NCBI RefSeq assembly: GCF_964194025.1
Contig: NC_134473.1
Coordinates: 35,960,001-36,024,000, forward strand
Reading direction: 5' to 3'
DNA length: 64,000 bases
DNA from: Convolutriloba macropyga
Taxonomy: Eukaryota
In this document: positions 26,801-38,600 of the stretch, in pieces
Layout: every line of letters starts with the position of its first letter
Numbering within the stretch: the stretch's first letter is position 1
Made by a program: the position numbers and the translations under genes
The notes under the pieces: generated by a model
The model's database searches: none
The model's input: the letters and a program-made list of their open reading frames with translations, nothing else
What the model was told of the DNA's origin: nothing

Positions 26801-29800
26801 TGACTGAATTGTGACAAACAGTTATTAGGATCAATTTGCTGTTCAGTGGACCAGTCTCATCTCAGAGGAGAAAGGGGAAGACCGCTAACGCAGTGCCACA
26901 GAAGTGCAAGTGAACAAGACAAACGCTATTCACGACGCAAACGAAAGACATTTAGGGAACACGCCAGATGAATTGCGCCTATAAAAAGTAGACGGATTAG
27001 GCCGGCAAATAACAAAAACGAAAGAATGACTTCAATTGAAGCTGTTAAAAAAGTTACCAATTAACCAAAAACTCAGGGGTCTATACAAGGTTCTGGCTCC
27101 CGGCTGCACCATTCTCGAAGACGACGGCGTCACCCACGTAAACAAAGGACCGGGCAAAGTGCAAGTAAGCGTACAAAATGGGAACCGGGGAATTCCGACA
27201 CAAACGCCGAGAAAGAAAACTCACACAAAATCTACGCGGAAAGAAGACCAAAGACACCGTAGAGGACAACACCGAGGAAAAAATTTTAAAACAAGCCACC
27301 AACCCCAAGAGAAAACTAGAGGGTGGCAAGCGAATTAGCCGCAAACAACCCATCGAGGAGGTCAGTATCGTCTCATCAGTAAATTCAAATTTTCCAAGAG
27401 CACTGCGAGTTCAAGTGCCAGAATAGTCCGCATATCCCCCACCACCGTTCCCCCTTAAAAGACACACAAGCGGCAAATACAAGCAACACAATAAACAAGC
27501 CACGACGCAGCAAAGGAAACTAAACCACAAACACTGACTCAGCATGTGGATCAATGGTTTCGTGCACAGCGGTTTTGACTACTCCAGAGCATTTGAAAAC
27601 TAGCCCATTTGAAGCGCACTTCAGCTGCAAACCAAACGCATCTTTAAGCAACATGTGCACTGAACGAAATATGATTAAACTTTGAATGAATTGTTATAAA
27701 CAGTTATTTGGATCAATATGCTGTTCAGTGTCCCAGCTTCCTCCCAGAGGGAAAAAAGGAAAGACTGCTAACGCAGTGACACAGAGATGCAAGTGAACAA
27801 GACGCAAACGCCAACAATTAGGAAACACGCCAGTTGATTTGCGCCTAATAAAAGTAGACGGATTAGGCCGGCAAATAACAAAAACGAAAGAATGACTTCA
27901 ATTGAAGCTGTTAAAAAAGTTACCAATTAACAAAAACTCAGGGGTCTTTACAAGGTTCTGGCACCCGGCTGCACCATTCTCGAAGACGACGGCGTCACCC
28001 ACGTAAGCAAAGGACCGGGCAAAGTGCAAGTAAGCGTACAAAATGGGAATCGGGGAATTCCGACACAAAAGCCGAGAAAGAAAACTCAAACAAAATCTAC
28101 GCGGAAAGAAGACCAAAGACACCGTAGAGGACAACACCGATAAAAAATTTTAAAACAAGCCAGCCACCCCAAGAGAAAACTAGAGGGTGGCAAGCGAATT
28201 AGCCGCAAACAACCCATCGAGGAGGTCAGTATCGTCTCATCAGTAAATTCAAATTTTCCAAGAGCACTGCGAGTTCAAGTTACAGAATAGCCCGCATATC
28301 CCCCACCACCGTTCCCCCTTAAAAGACACACAAGCGGCAAATACAAGCATCACAATAAACAAGCCACGACGCAGCAAAGGAAATTGAACCACAAACACTG
28401 ACTCAGCATGTGGATCAATGGTTTCGTGCACAGCGGTTTTGACTACTCCAGAGCATTTGAAAACTAGCCCATTTGAAGCGCACTTCAGCTGCAAACCAAA
28501 CGCATCTTTAAGCAACATGTGCACTGAACGAATTATGATTAAACTTTGAATGAATTGTTATAAACAGTTATTTGGATCAATATGCTGTTCAGTGTCCCAG
28601 CTTCATCCCAGAGGGAAAAAAGGAAAGACGGCTAACGCAGTGACAAAGAGATGCAAGTGAACAAGACGCAAACGACCAACAATTAGGAAACACGCCAGTT
28701 GATTTGCGCCTAATAAAAGTAGACGGATTAGGCCGGCAAATAACAAAAACGAAAGAATGACTTCAATTGAAGCTGTTAAAAAAGTTACCAATTAACCAAA
28801 AACTCAGGGGTCTATACAAGGTTCTGGCTCCCGGCTGCACCATTCTCGAAGACGACGGCGTCACCCACGTAAACAAAGGACCGGGCAAAGTGCAAGTAAG
28901 CGTACAAAATGGGAACCGGGGAATTCCGACACAAACGCCGAGAAAGAAAACTCACACAAAATCTACGCGGAAAGAAGACCAAAGACACCGTAGAGGACAA
29001 CACCGAGGAAAAAATTTTAAAACAAGCCACCAACCCCAAGAGAAAACTAGAGGGTGGCAAGCGAATTAGCCGCAAACAACCCATCCAGGAGGTCAGTATC
29101 GTCTCATCAGTAAATTCAAATTTTCCAAGAGCACTGCGAGTTCAAGTGCCAGAATAGCCCGCATATCCCCCACCACCGTTCCCCCTTAAAAGACACACAA
29201 GCGGCAAATACAAGCAACACAATAAACAAGCCACGACGCAGCAAAGGAAACTAAACCACAAACACTGACTCAGCATGTGGATCAATGGTTTCGTGCACAG
29301 TGGTTTTAACTCCTCCAGAGCATTTGAAAACTAGCCCATTTGAAGCGCACTTCAGCTGCAAACCAAACGCATCTTTAAGCAACATGTGCACTGAACGAAA
29401 TATGATTAAACTTTGAATGAATTGGTATAAACAGTTATTTGGATCAATATGCTGTTCAGTGTCCCAGCTTCATCCCAGAGGGAAAAAAGGAAAGACGGCT
29501 AACGCAGTGACACAGAGGTGCAAGTGAACAAGACGCAAACGACCAACAATTAGGAAACACGCCAGTTGATTTGCGCCTAATAAACGTAGACGGATTAAGC
29601 CGCCAAATAACAAAAACGAAAGAATCACTTCAGTTGAAGCTGTTAAAGAATTTACCTATTAACAACAACTCAGGGGTCTATACGAGGTTCTGGCACCAGG
29701 CTCGACCATTCTCAAAAACGACGACGTCACCCACGCAATCAAAGGACCGGGCAAAATGCAAGTAAGCTTAAAAAATTGGAACCAGGGAATTTCGGCACAA

Positions 29801-29965
29801 AAACCGAGAAAGAAACCCCCGCTCAAAATCTACGCGAAAAGAATACCAAAGACACCGTAGAGGACAACACCGAGGAAAAAATATTAAAACAAGCCAGCCA
29901 CCCCAAGAGAAATGTAGAGGGTGGCAAGAGAATTAGCCGCAAACAACCCATCGACGAGGTCAGTT
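26715..29965 (+). repeat. Tandem array of ~866-bp units (~3.7 copies) made from the Gypsy integrase 3' region
   Basis: actagcc(c/t)atttgaagcgca recurs at ~26718, 27598, 28463 and 29329; identical 100-aa ORFs at 27036 and 28767. Confidence 0.95.
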
Positions 29966-32320
29966 TCGAGAATGACGTAGAACGAGCAGCAAACCGTTAC
30001 GATCCAGCAACACACCGCAACAATCAACAACGCTCCTCCAATGCAGCACTCCTGCCTGCAATCTCTCCAGTCGCGCCGCAATCCAGCGTAGTGGAAGGTT
30101 TTCAGTAACTTGCAGAGCCAAACTTCTTTCCTACTACGTATCCAGAGTTTAGAGGGATTTCGCCTCAAATTGCACCAGTAACCCAATTCTATGAATCACC
30201 GAAATTGAATCCAACAATACGCTCTGCCCTAGAATCCGAAATGAACACTGACTCTGAAAGTGATTTGATTTTGATAAAAATTTGGCTCTCCAAAAAAACA
30301 TTAACCACATAATTTATTAGTATAATAAACAATACATGCTATTTAATGTTCGGACACTTTGGAAATTCTGACCAAAAGAGCAAAGTATTATTTTCGTTTT
30401 GTAGAGGAGGAGAAGTGGTACACAGGTATCCTAACTTGTACTTATTTAGCTCATGCTTCATTTCTTTATTTGGTATTTTTCGTGATGGATATGATTTTGT
30501 CTGTAGTTGAGATATTTCACGTTGCAGTTCTTAACTTACATTGTCGTTCATACCTTTTGGAATTTTGATGCTAAACTTGTTCATTCGTTTTTGTCAGCCA
30601 ATTTGTTGTTCATGCATACTCAATTTGTCTAGCAGCCATTCCTTGACTGCCTAAGTTATTCTTCATTCCACATTTTCATCTTTTAATATTCACTACTGAA
30701 TTGAAAAGCTAAATTGTTCTATTCGCAAAGCGAAACTAGTCTGTAGTTTTAATGTGCCGAATTGCCCCACGAATCACTCCAACAGCATAAAGAACTTTTA
30801 AGGGTGTCTCGCCTCACGAATCAGCATTAGAAAGATAATCGTTCTAAACGCACCACAAATCGACAAATTATCGTAGCACATAAACTGTGTACGACAACAA
30901 AAATAGCATATTTTACAAACAATTGAACTAATGGCAAACGGATAGAAATTCTAATGTTTTTCAAAGTGCAAGACAATTAAGGTCATTGTTAATCAACTAA
31001 GAAGTCTTTAAATGCCTACTAACAAATCAAAATTTTATTAACTAAATCGGGGACTTTCTGCTTCACAAACTAGCATTTAAATTTCACGCTCACAATCATC
31101 ATGTAAAAATTTTCGAGTCTTTTGAGGATCGAATACGGGGATCTCGGCTTGAGACTACATTGAGCACAAAGTTACTCTCCGTGAAAGCCTTTAACGAGCT
31201 TTCACATTGCCCCTTTATCTCTTCTTTTATTCCTTGACTGAAGATGTTTTTTTCTTCTGTTTTTCATGGGACAGATGCCACTTTTGGGGCAGGAGTGAAG
31301 AGAAGAAATGTTCCTCAGCTTTGGCATCAAATTTGGCAGTATCGTTGTTTCATACTTTCGTATAAGGCAGTCCGGTTTCCTGTATGACTGATGTAGTCGG
31401 AGAAGAATCCAAAACTGCAAATCCGAGTGCAAGAGTATGATATAATCAATTCAAATCTGTTTTATTTTCTACTGATTTGACAAGCTATAATTTGTTTTCC
31501 AGCAAGTGCTCAATGCGTGATAGTTGACTAATCAACTTCGAATGTATTAGGAAGCGGGATTAATGTAGTCGTTATTATATCGTTGGCCAGCCTCTATTGA
31601 GGCCGTCTTCAAGGCTTCCTTCACAAACAAACCCCTTCGGTTGGTAATTGACCAGCCTCTGTCAATCAAGTGTTATTCCACTGGTAACGTATCAGCACTT
31701 AAGGATTATTGAGCCAATTCATTCCTTTCATAGGACTTGTTTCTGATGTAAGCTTTATTTCTAATATTACTGAGTGTAGATCTTCTAAAATGCGCTAGGA
31801 ATGGCTATGAGTTTGATGTCTGTCGTTTACAGATACGATTTTTGGTTTACGAAAGAGCGTATTGTGTCTTTTACGTTTTAATAAATGAATTTTAGAATAG
31901 GTTTTTTATACAACCCAATCGTTTCGTTTGATCTAGGCCTCTTCTTCTAAGTACACCGCCATCATTTAAGTAATCTTCAAAGAAGTTTACCTTAGTAGTG
32001 CCCGCATAAAAAATCTATAGCAAAAATCAAGGAAACTGCTTTATCAATGGTTTTTAATGAATATTTTACCGCCAAGCTCAATCTGTATATTTTTGGGTGT
32101 TTCGACACAACGTTAATATGATTTTTCAATGATACAGAGAAATTGTAGAGCTATATTTGGATTTATTTGCAATATCAGTACAGCTTTTGCAGATTACAGC
32201 CCTCTTCAAAATTTCGCTGTGCAAATTGGGAGATCAAATTGAGCAAAATAAATTACCCAGGTCCCCAGTTGAATATAAAAATTTATCAAGCAAATTTTTT
32301 TCATTATTCCTTGACAGAAG

Positions 32321-32646
32321 TGTTACCGAGTAAATTGAATTGAATAAATTATATCACTAGATAGAGAATTCTTGTGCGTATTATATCAAAACTTTCGTTT
32401 AGATTTTCCGTTCTAAAAGCAACATACGTATTATTTCTGAGAAATACAAAGGCCGATTTCCCACTAAGAATAACTTCCAAAATAGCTCAAAACTGATCGC
32501 TTAGCCTAACAAATTCGGTTTTTTGAACAGATTAGTTTAAATCGGTGACCTAGACTAAGACCTGCTAAAAAAGATCAAGCTAGATTTGCCTCCAAGTAAA
32601 CGATGCTTATTGCCTTGACGTTTCGATATACAGTTGACTATAGACT

Positions 32647-32721
<75 letters not shown>

Positions 32722-32768
32722 GATCTCGATGAATTGACTTTACGAAAGACTGCCTTTTGTCAGCTTTA
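32321..32768 (+). repeat. 5' LTR of BEL element 1 (448 bp, contains (TA)n at ~32651-32721)
   Basis: tgttaccgagtaaattgaatt ... gactgccttttgtcagcttta. About 8 substitutions versus the 3' LTR, plus a difference in TA-tract length. Confidence 0.95.
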
Positions 32769-32771
32769 TTC

Positions 32772-32781
32772 TGGTGCCGTT
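32772..32781 (+). promoter_or_regulatory. Putative primer-binding site (tRNA-His-like)
   Basis: TGGTGCCGT three nucleotides after the LTR, complementary to the ACGGCA-CCA 3' end of eukaryotic tRNA-His. The match is short. Confidence 0.55.
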
Positions 32782-33976
32782 CTCAATCTACGAAAAACAT
32801 TATTTAGCTTCCCGCAGTTTCTCCTCTTGTTGTCTGATAGAAGTTGCGACTGCGCAATTTTATTCTAATTCCTGATTAGACGAGGGTTGCTTGAGCGCCC
32901 TTGATTAAACGTATCCGTTATCGCTTACAGTTGGACTTATTTATCTCTAACTCAATTAACGTAGACAGATTCAATTTCACGCAAGCAGTCAGACACATAC
33001 GCAATTGACGGTGATAACAAGCAAGGAATTCACGTCAACCGATTTCATTTGAACAGACTGAAGTTCATTTGAGATGTTTCATCGATTAACGGCAAACTGG
33101 TCTGAGTTAGGGCACCAGTTTGATCTTTAACCATATCCATTAAATTGAGACAATCAGTGGTTATTTACTAGCATTAAGGGGACCCCTCTTTTGCATTACT
33201 TTCCTACTTTATTCCAGGCTGTTATAGTTAACCGGGGCTCAGATGTCGTTCCTAGCTGTATCAGTGAAAAAAGGTCAACTGATTGGAGCGCCAGATGAAT
33301 TTGAATGAGCCGGAAACATCTCACAAAAAATGCATCCGGTAAAATAGAGGTCAACAGATGATTGAGTTGGGCCGAAAGTACGAGAGATGTGCCAGTTCCT
33401 TCAACTGAGAGAAGTTACATAAAACTTGTAAGAGGTACCCAAACTTCAACTTAATTTTCATTTGATGCTCTAAACTTTTATACCGGCAAATCTAGTAAAC
33501 CCCCATCTTGGTTTCGTTTTCTTTATTCTGGTACTATCAAAAATCCCTCGCCACCGATAACCTAAATCATATTTTTTTGTTTATCAAAAGAAAAAATTCA
33601 TCAAATTTGAAAAAAATTGGCCGATATTTGAACAATTAGCAGTAGTACGTATTGGTATCTCTGAATTGCAAAAACGCTGTATACACCTTATATCTGGCGA
33701 AGCAAAAAAAAAGTTTGAAAAAATTGACCAAACTTGATGAAATTTTGCAAAAAATTTATATAAAGCGTTGATAGATGGCGGATCGAACATTTGTATAAAA
33801 AAGGGTAGAATTAAGGGTTTGGTCAAGATTTTCAAACTTTGAAAAAAAAAGAATCAGATAACTGATTTTTTTTGCAAATAAGCGCTTATTCTTGGAAAGT
33901 CGTCAAAATTGTGCCTTGAACATCAAGGTTTGGAGTTTGAGCAAAGCTCAAATCAATTATCTTGTTAAAACATCAT

Positions 33977-34535
33977 ATGGTTTTCATATTAGCTGCAAGT
34001 TCACTTCATCACGCCATAAAAACTGCGCCTCAAGTAACACAAAATCGTTACAAACGTAACATTTACGCATTACCGGGTTTAAGTTTCAACCCCAACGCTT
34101 TGAAAGTCCGAAAAGCAGCGCAGTTCCAGTTGAGTCATTTCTTTCATGATAAGAAGCGCCTAGTTATATGGCATGATGTGGTGAACAATTCATTGTCCCG
34201 TCATCATCGCAGTAACAACAATAAGCCTCTAACAACTTCGCAGCTAATTGAAGTGCTTGAAAAGTATCAGGAGCGCATAGAAGCTATAGTGTATTGCCCC
34301 AGAGAGGGAACAGAAAGATCTTAGTTTACTTAAAGAGTACAGAGCATTACACCAAAGGCCTGCGCTTGAGCTGAAAACACTCACTATAGTCTTAGCTTAT
34401 GAGAACAACCTCCGGTCCTTGATAACACGGTCCCGAAAGAAACTTTCAAAGCGCCGTCGTAAAACGCTTCGCACCCGTCATGCGTTCGAGGAGGCGGAAA
34501 TCACACAAGCCTTTGATAACCTGAATGTCACTTAG
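33977..34535 (+). pseudogene. SGNH/GDSL-hydrolase-like ORF with basic C-terminal tail, in the BEL leader (one frameshift near 34310)
   Basis: MVFILAASSLHHA (block I-like), ALPGLSF (block II-like), LVIWHDVVNNSL (block III-like), AIVYCPREG; the +1 frame continues QKDLSLLKEYRALHQRPALELK (block V-like His) ...RSRKKLSKRRRK...* at 34533-34535. Confidence 0.6.
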
Positions 34536-34794
34536 TCTTTCGCTGTTGTGGGAGTCTACCCGCTGAATGGCGCTTTACTAAACGTTTCGCTCTCCCCATT
34601 CTTCAAGTTTTTCACTACCGTCCGTTTTCCGCAGGTTATCTGGTTTCATTTTCCGCTTCCATCCTTTTGTTTCCGTGTCACTTTGCTTCTTTCTATCCCC
34701 CGTTTATTTGTTGCATGATGTAGTATGTTGGGTTTTGCTGTAGTAAAATTTCTTTCTGCTAGTATGCTGGTTTGTTGTTTAGTCTCGTTCCTTG

Positions 34795-35150
34795 CTAGGG
34801 TGTGACTTAAGTTCATTCTGGAGTTACGGCTGGTTTGTTTCGTGACTTTCACCACACTTGTTTGCTAGCAATTTGTTATAACTTTATTAATTTTTGTAGT
34901 ATGCACTTTTGTTGTCTGGGTATGGTGGTTTGCTAGGGTGTGACTTAAGTTTGTTCTGGAGTTACGGCTAGTAAATTTCCTCACCTTTTCGACTTTTGGT
35001 TATACTACATCGTTGCCGTTAATTGTTTCATCTCTGATGTTTTGATGCCGTAGATAAAGCACCATAATGTTTTGTGCTAGGTTACCTGACAGTAGCTTCT
35101 CTCCGCCTCTCTAGGGTGTGACTTGAGTTTATTTTGGAGTTACGGCTAGT
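34795..35150 (+). repeat. Three spaced copies of a ~40-nt hairpin-forming motif
   Basis: ctagggtgtgactt(a/g)agtt..tt(c/t)tggagttacggct(a/g)gt at ~34795, ~34933 and ~35111. Confidence 0.85.
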
Positions 35151-35253
35151 TTGTTTGGTTGAGTTCGTTGCTGTGGTCTGCTGGCATTGATCTTCCCGCC
35201 TCCTCGCTTGTGGTTTACCGTCTCCCTCCCGTGCTATCCCGGCTTCCCGTACC

Positions 35254-35420
35254 GTCGCGCGCCATCTGCCCGAGGTTTCCGCCACGCCCGTGCCGTTTTC
35301 CCGTTTCGTCGCGCGCCATCCGCTCGACATTTCTGCCCCGCCCGTGCCGTTTTCCCGCTTCGTCGAGCGCTTTCGCCCGACGCTCCCGTTTGTCCGTCCG
35401 GTTTCCCGTTGCGTCGTGCA
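35254..35420 (+). repeat. GC-rich ~54-bp tandem repeat x3 in the BEL leader
   Basis: gtcgcgcgccatc.gc.cga..tt.c.gcc.cgcccgtgccgttttcccg.ttc at ~35254 and 35308, with a degenerate copy at 35362. Confidence 0.8.
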
Positions 35421-35669
35421 TTACTCGTTCGGCGTCTCTTCCCGTCCGTTCCGTCTCCCGTTCTGTCCCGTTTCCGCTTTCTGCGCACCGTTCTTTCTTT
35501 CTTTCGCCGGGTACTATTGTACTCGACGAACAACTTTGCTCTTTGGCGGTTTGCTAGGCAACCGTCACACTAGAGTTCGGTATAACCCATTTGTGTTGTG
35601 CTGTTGCATGTCTATGTACTTTATATTAGTACCAAATTAAACTTGTGGTTCCTGTTTTTTCGTAAGATC

Positions 35670-38600
35670 ATGACAACATTGCAGGACAAATTTAACAAAC
35701 TTTATAATGTGAAGGCAAAATTAGAGGCTGAACCTAATAACATCTATGGTGATATTAACAATGCTGTTGATAAGCAAGACAGGAAAGTTAAGATCGAACG
35801 TCTGATTGTTAAGTGCAAGGATGCTTTTACTAGATTAGTTGATAAGAATGAAGAGCTCTTTGATCTGGCACAAAAAACTGAAGATCCAGACGCTGCCTGT
35901 GAGAACCTAGAACAATGGTTAATGACTGTAACAAAGAAAACTGATGAGTTCATTGCTGCTGCTCGAGGGTATATCAATTCGGTCCATGACAAAGAGACAG
36001 CAGATCTGTATACCTCTCATCATTCAAGATTAGGTTCACATATGACTTCCTCAAAAAGATCAAGTCAGCGTCAACGAGACAAAGAGACAGCAGATCTGTA
36101 TACCTCTCATCATTCAAGATTAGGTTCACATATGACTTCCTCAAAAAGATCAAGTCAGCGTCAACAAGAAATATCAAGACTCAAAAAAGAGGAATTTGAG
36201 AAACAACATGAGGCAAAGCTTTGCATTGCTAGACAGCGTCTTGAAATTGAAAAACAAACAAAATTGCGGGAATTGGGAATTGAGCAGCTTGAGGAGGATC
36301 ATCGCAAGGAAGTAGCTGCTGCAGCCCTTGAGGAAATTGAGTTGATGACAAAATCATCAGCAGGCGGGTCTGGTACAGGCAGAATGAGTGGGTTCTTTAC
36401 GGAAAGAAATTCAGTCAAGAGCAAGAAACTTGCTCAAGATTGGGTTAATTCGTCAACGGCCGGGAACACGCCAGATGTCGCAAACGAACCGAGTTTGCAT
36501 TTTTCTGGTTCCATCTCCCAATCCAACCAAGCAATTTTCCAACGACCTTACTCAACTCAACTTCCAAACTCACACTCCAATTTCAATACACATGGTCAAG
36601 TTGAGGCCAACATCAACCTCCCTGTCCATGAGCCGCAAGAACCAAGTAGTAGAACCAATGTAACCAATGATGCACATGTTGCAAACAACATCTTGCAAGA
36701 GCAGCAACAGCCTCAATATACGCCTCCATCACCCCCAGTAAATTTTGGTATGCAAACTCAACTAAACGCCCCAAACACAGCCCGACAACTGTCTCAAGCA
36801 ACAATGCACTTCGATGGTGTACAGTTAGATCATCAATTCCCGCGCAGGTCGAGCATGCCGGGACAGTTGAATTTAGTCAGCCCTCCGCGTTCACCACCTT
36901 TAAATACACTCGCTAATGCTCCGCTAGCACTTAATCCGCAACAAGCACACATAAATGTACCAGCCCCCCATCCCCCGTTCTAAACCCCGCACCACCGCAT
37001 TTCCCGTTAATGCCACCAGCATTCCGCTTTCCTCCTTCGCCGCCACAAGCACTCCCACTACACGCCAATAACCCCGTGGCGAATAATGTCAATCAGTTAC
37101 CCCATTCTCCGCTTGCACCAATCATTTCCTCCGCAAACGTTTTTGTACCTCAATTAATTCATCCACCACCCCCACAAAAGAGTTTTCAGCCCCAAAATTT
37201 TGTCCCTATAACCCACGCACCTCCTGCTCCTCCAGATCCAAATGTCTGGAGTTTTCCGGCAGCAGTTCCATCTAATGCAGTACCACTTGTACGAACATCC
37301 GCAAACTTATACACCGTACAACCGGCCCCGTCAATCAACCCTCATATATCTACATCGCACCGCTCCTCTCATGTAAAAGCAGCAGCAGGCGCTCAAAATT
37401 ACGTAACATCAGATTTCATGCAAGCGAATCCATTTAGTTCTTCCACAGGTACCGCCCCCACCTTTGTCACTCCGATCATTCCGCCAACGTATGGAGCTAC
37501 CGTTCCGAACCCGTTGTGTTGGGGTGGCCCGCCGCATCCCACACCTTCGGCTCCTTCTTTGGACTCTGCGGATTTGATAAAGCAGTTGGCGGAGGCAATT
37601 ACTTGTAAGAAGAACGATCCATTGCCGAGTGGAAGTTGTCACAGTACAACGGTGATCCCCTGCAGTGGCACGAATGGTTCGGACAATTTAAAAGCGCCAT
37701 AGACGCACAGTCCTTGACTGATGATGTCAAGTTAACATACTTAAAAACTCTTGTAACTGGAAAAACTAAAACCGCCATCGCTGAGTACGCATACTGTGGC
37801 GTAATGTATAAGGACGCACTTAAGACACTCGAACGTAAATTTGGACAACCACAGGCAGTAGTCAGTGCACACTTAGACAAACTCAGCTCTTTTCCTCCAC
37901 TTAAGATGCACAATAGTGATAACATCATAAACTATTCTGCAACAATTTCAAGTCTTGTTGGGGTCTTTAAATCACTTTCATATGACTCAGACCTTAAAAG
38001 CGCCTCACTTCTCAACACGGCTGTGCAAAAATTGCCGCCCAATCTGAAAGAGTCTTGGTCACTCTTCACTGTGAAGAAACATTGGGTTAGGCCAACACTC
38101 CTTGACTTCAACGATTGGTTGAAGGAGAAGGCGGAGGCACATGATTTAATGAAACAAACTTCATCGAAGGCAAGAACTGAGGATAACACCAACTCAGTAG
38201 TAAAGACCAAAGTTGCCTCAAGAACTTTTGCTGCTAATACACAAACTAAGGGCACTCAGAGACCAGCCTCAACATCGGCAACGCCTGCAACCCCTCGCTG
38301 CATTGTTTGTAAAGGTAACCATCGCATCTGGGAGTGTAGGGTATTTAAAGAAAAGTCTCCCACTCAGCGAGCAAAGGTAGTGGCGGAAGCAAAACTGTGT
38401 TTCTCATGTCTGAGAGAAAAGCATATGTTCAGGCAAGGCCCAAACCCCAGGAAATGCAGGAAGGACGGTTGCAACAGCTCCCATAATACTCTTCTCCACG
38501 GAGCTGAGAGGGTTTATCCATCTAAATCCCCTTCAAACAACAACAACAGTAATTCTAATGCTGGCGCAAATCAAAGTAAACTTCCTAGTGTCCAATCATC

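Noticed and set aside
33521-33535. Second ctttattctggt resembling the LTR-end/PBS junction at 32764
   Set aside because: Only 12 bp with no extended LTR similarity; not enough to call a nested LTR.
34795-35150. CRISPR-like repeat-spacer pattern
   Set aside because: Only three repeats, long unequal spacers, no cas genes, and located inside a eukaryotic LTR element.
35082-35640. Several overlapping 70-130-aa Arg/Pro-rich ORFs on both strands
   Set aside because: Artefact of GC-rich, A-poor repeats that lack stop codons.
35941-35970. CTGATGAG hammerhead-like core; a similar CTGATGAAG at ~44131
   Set aside because: No GAAA core or supporting stems; the first lies in gag coding sequence.
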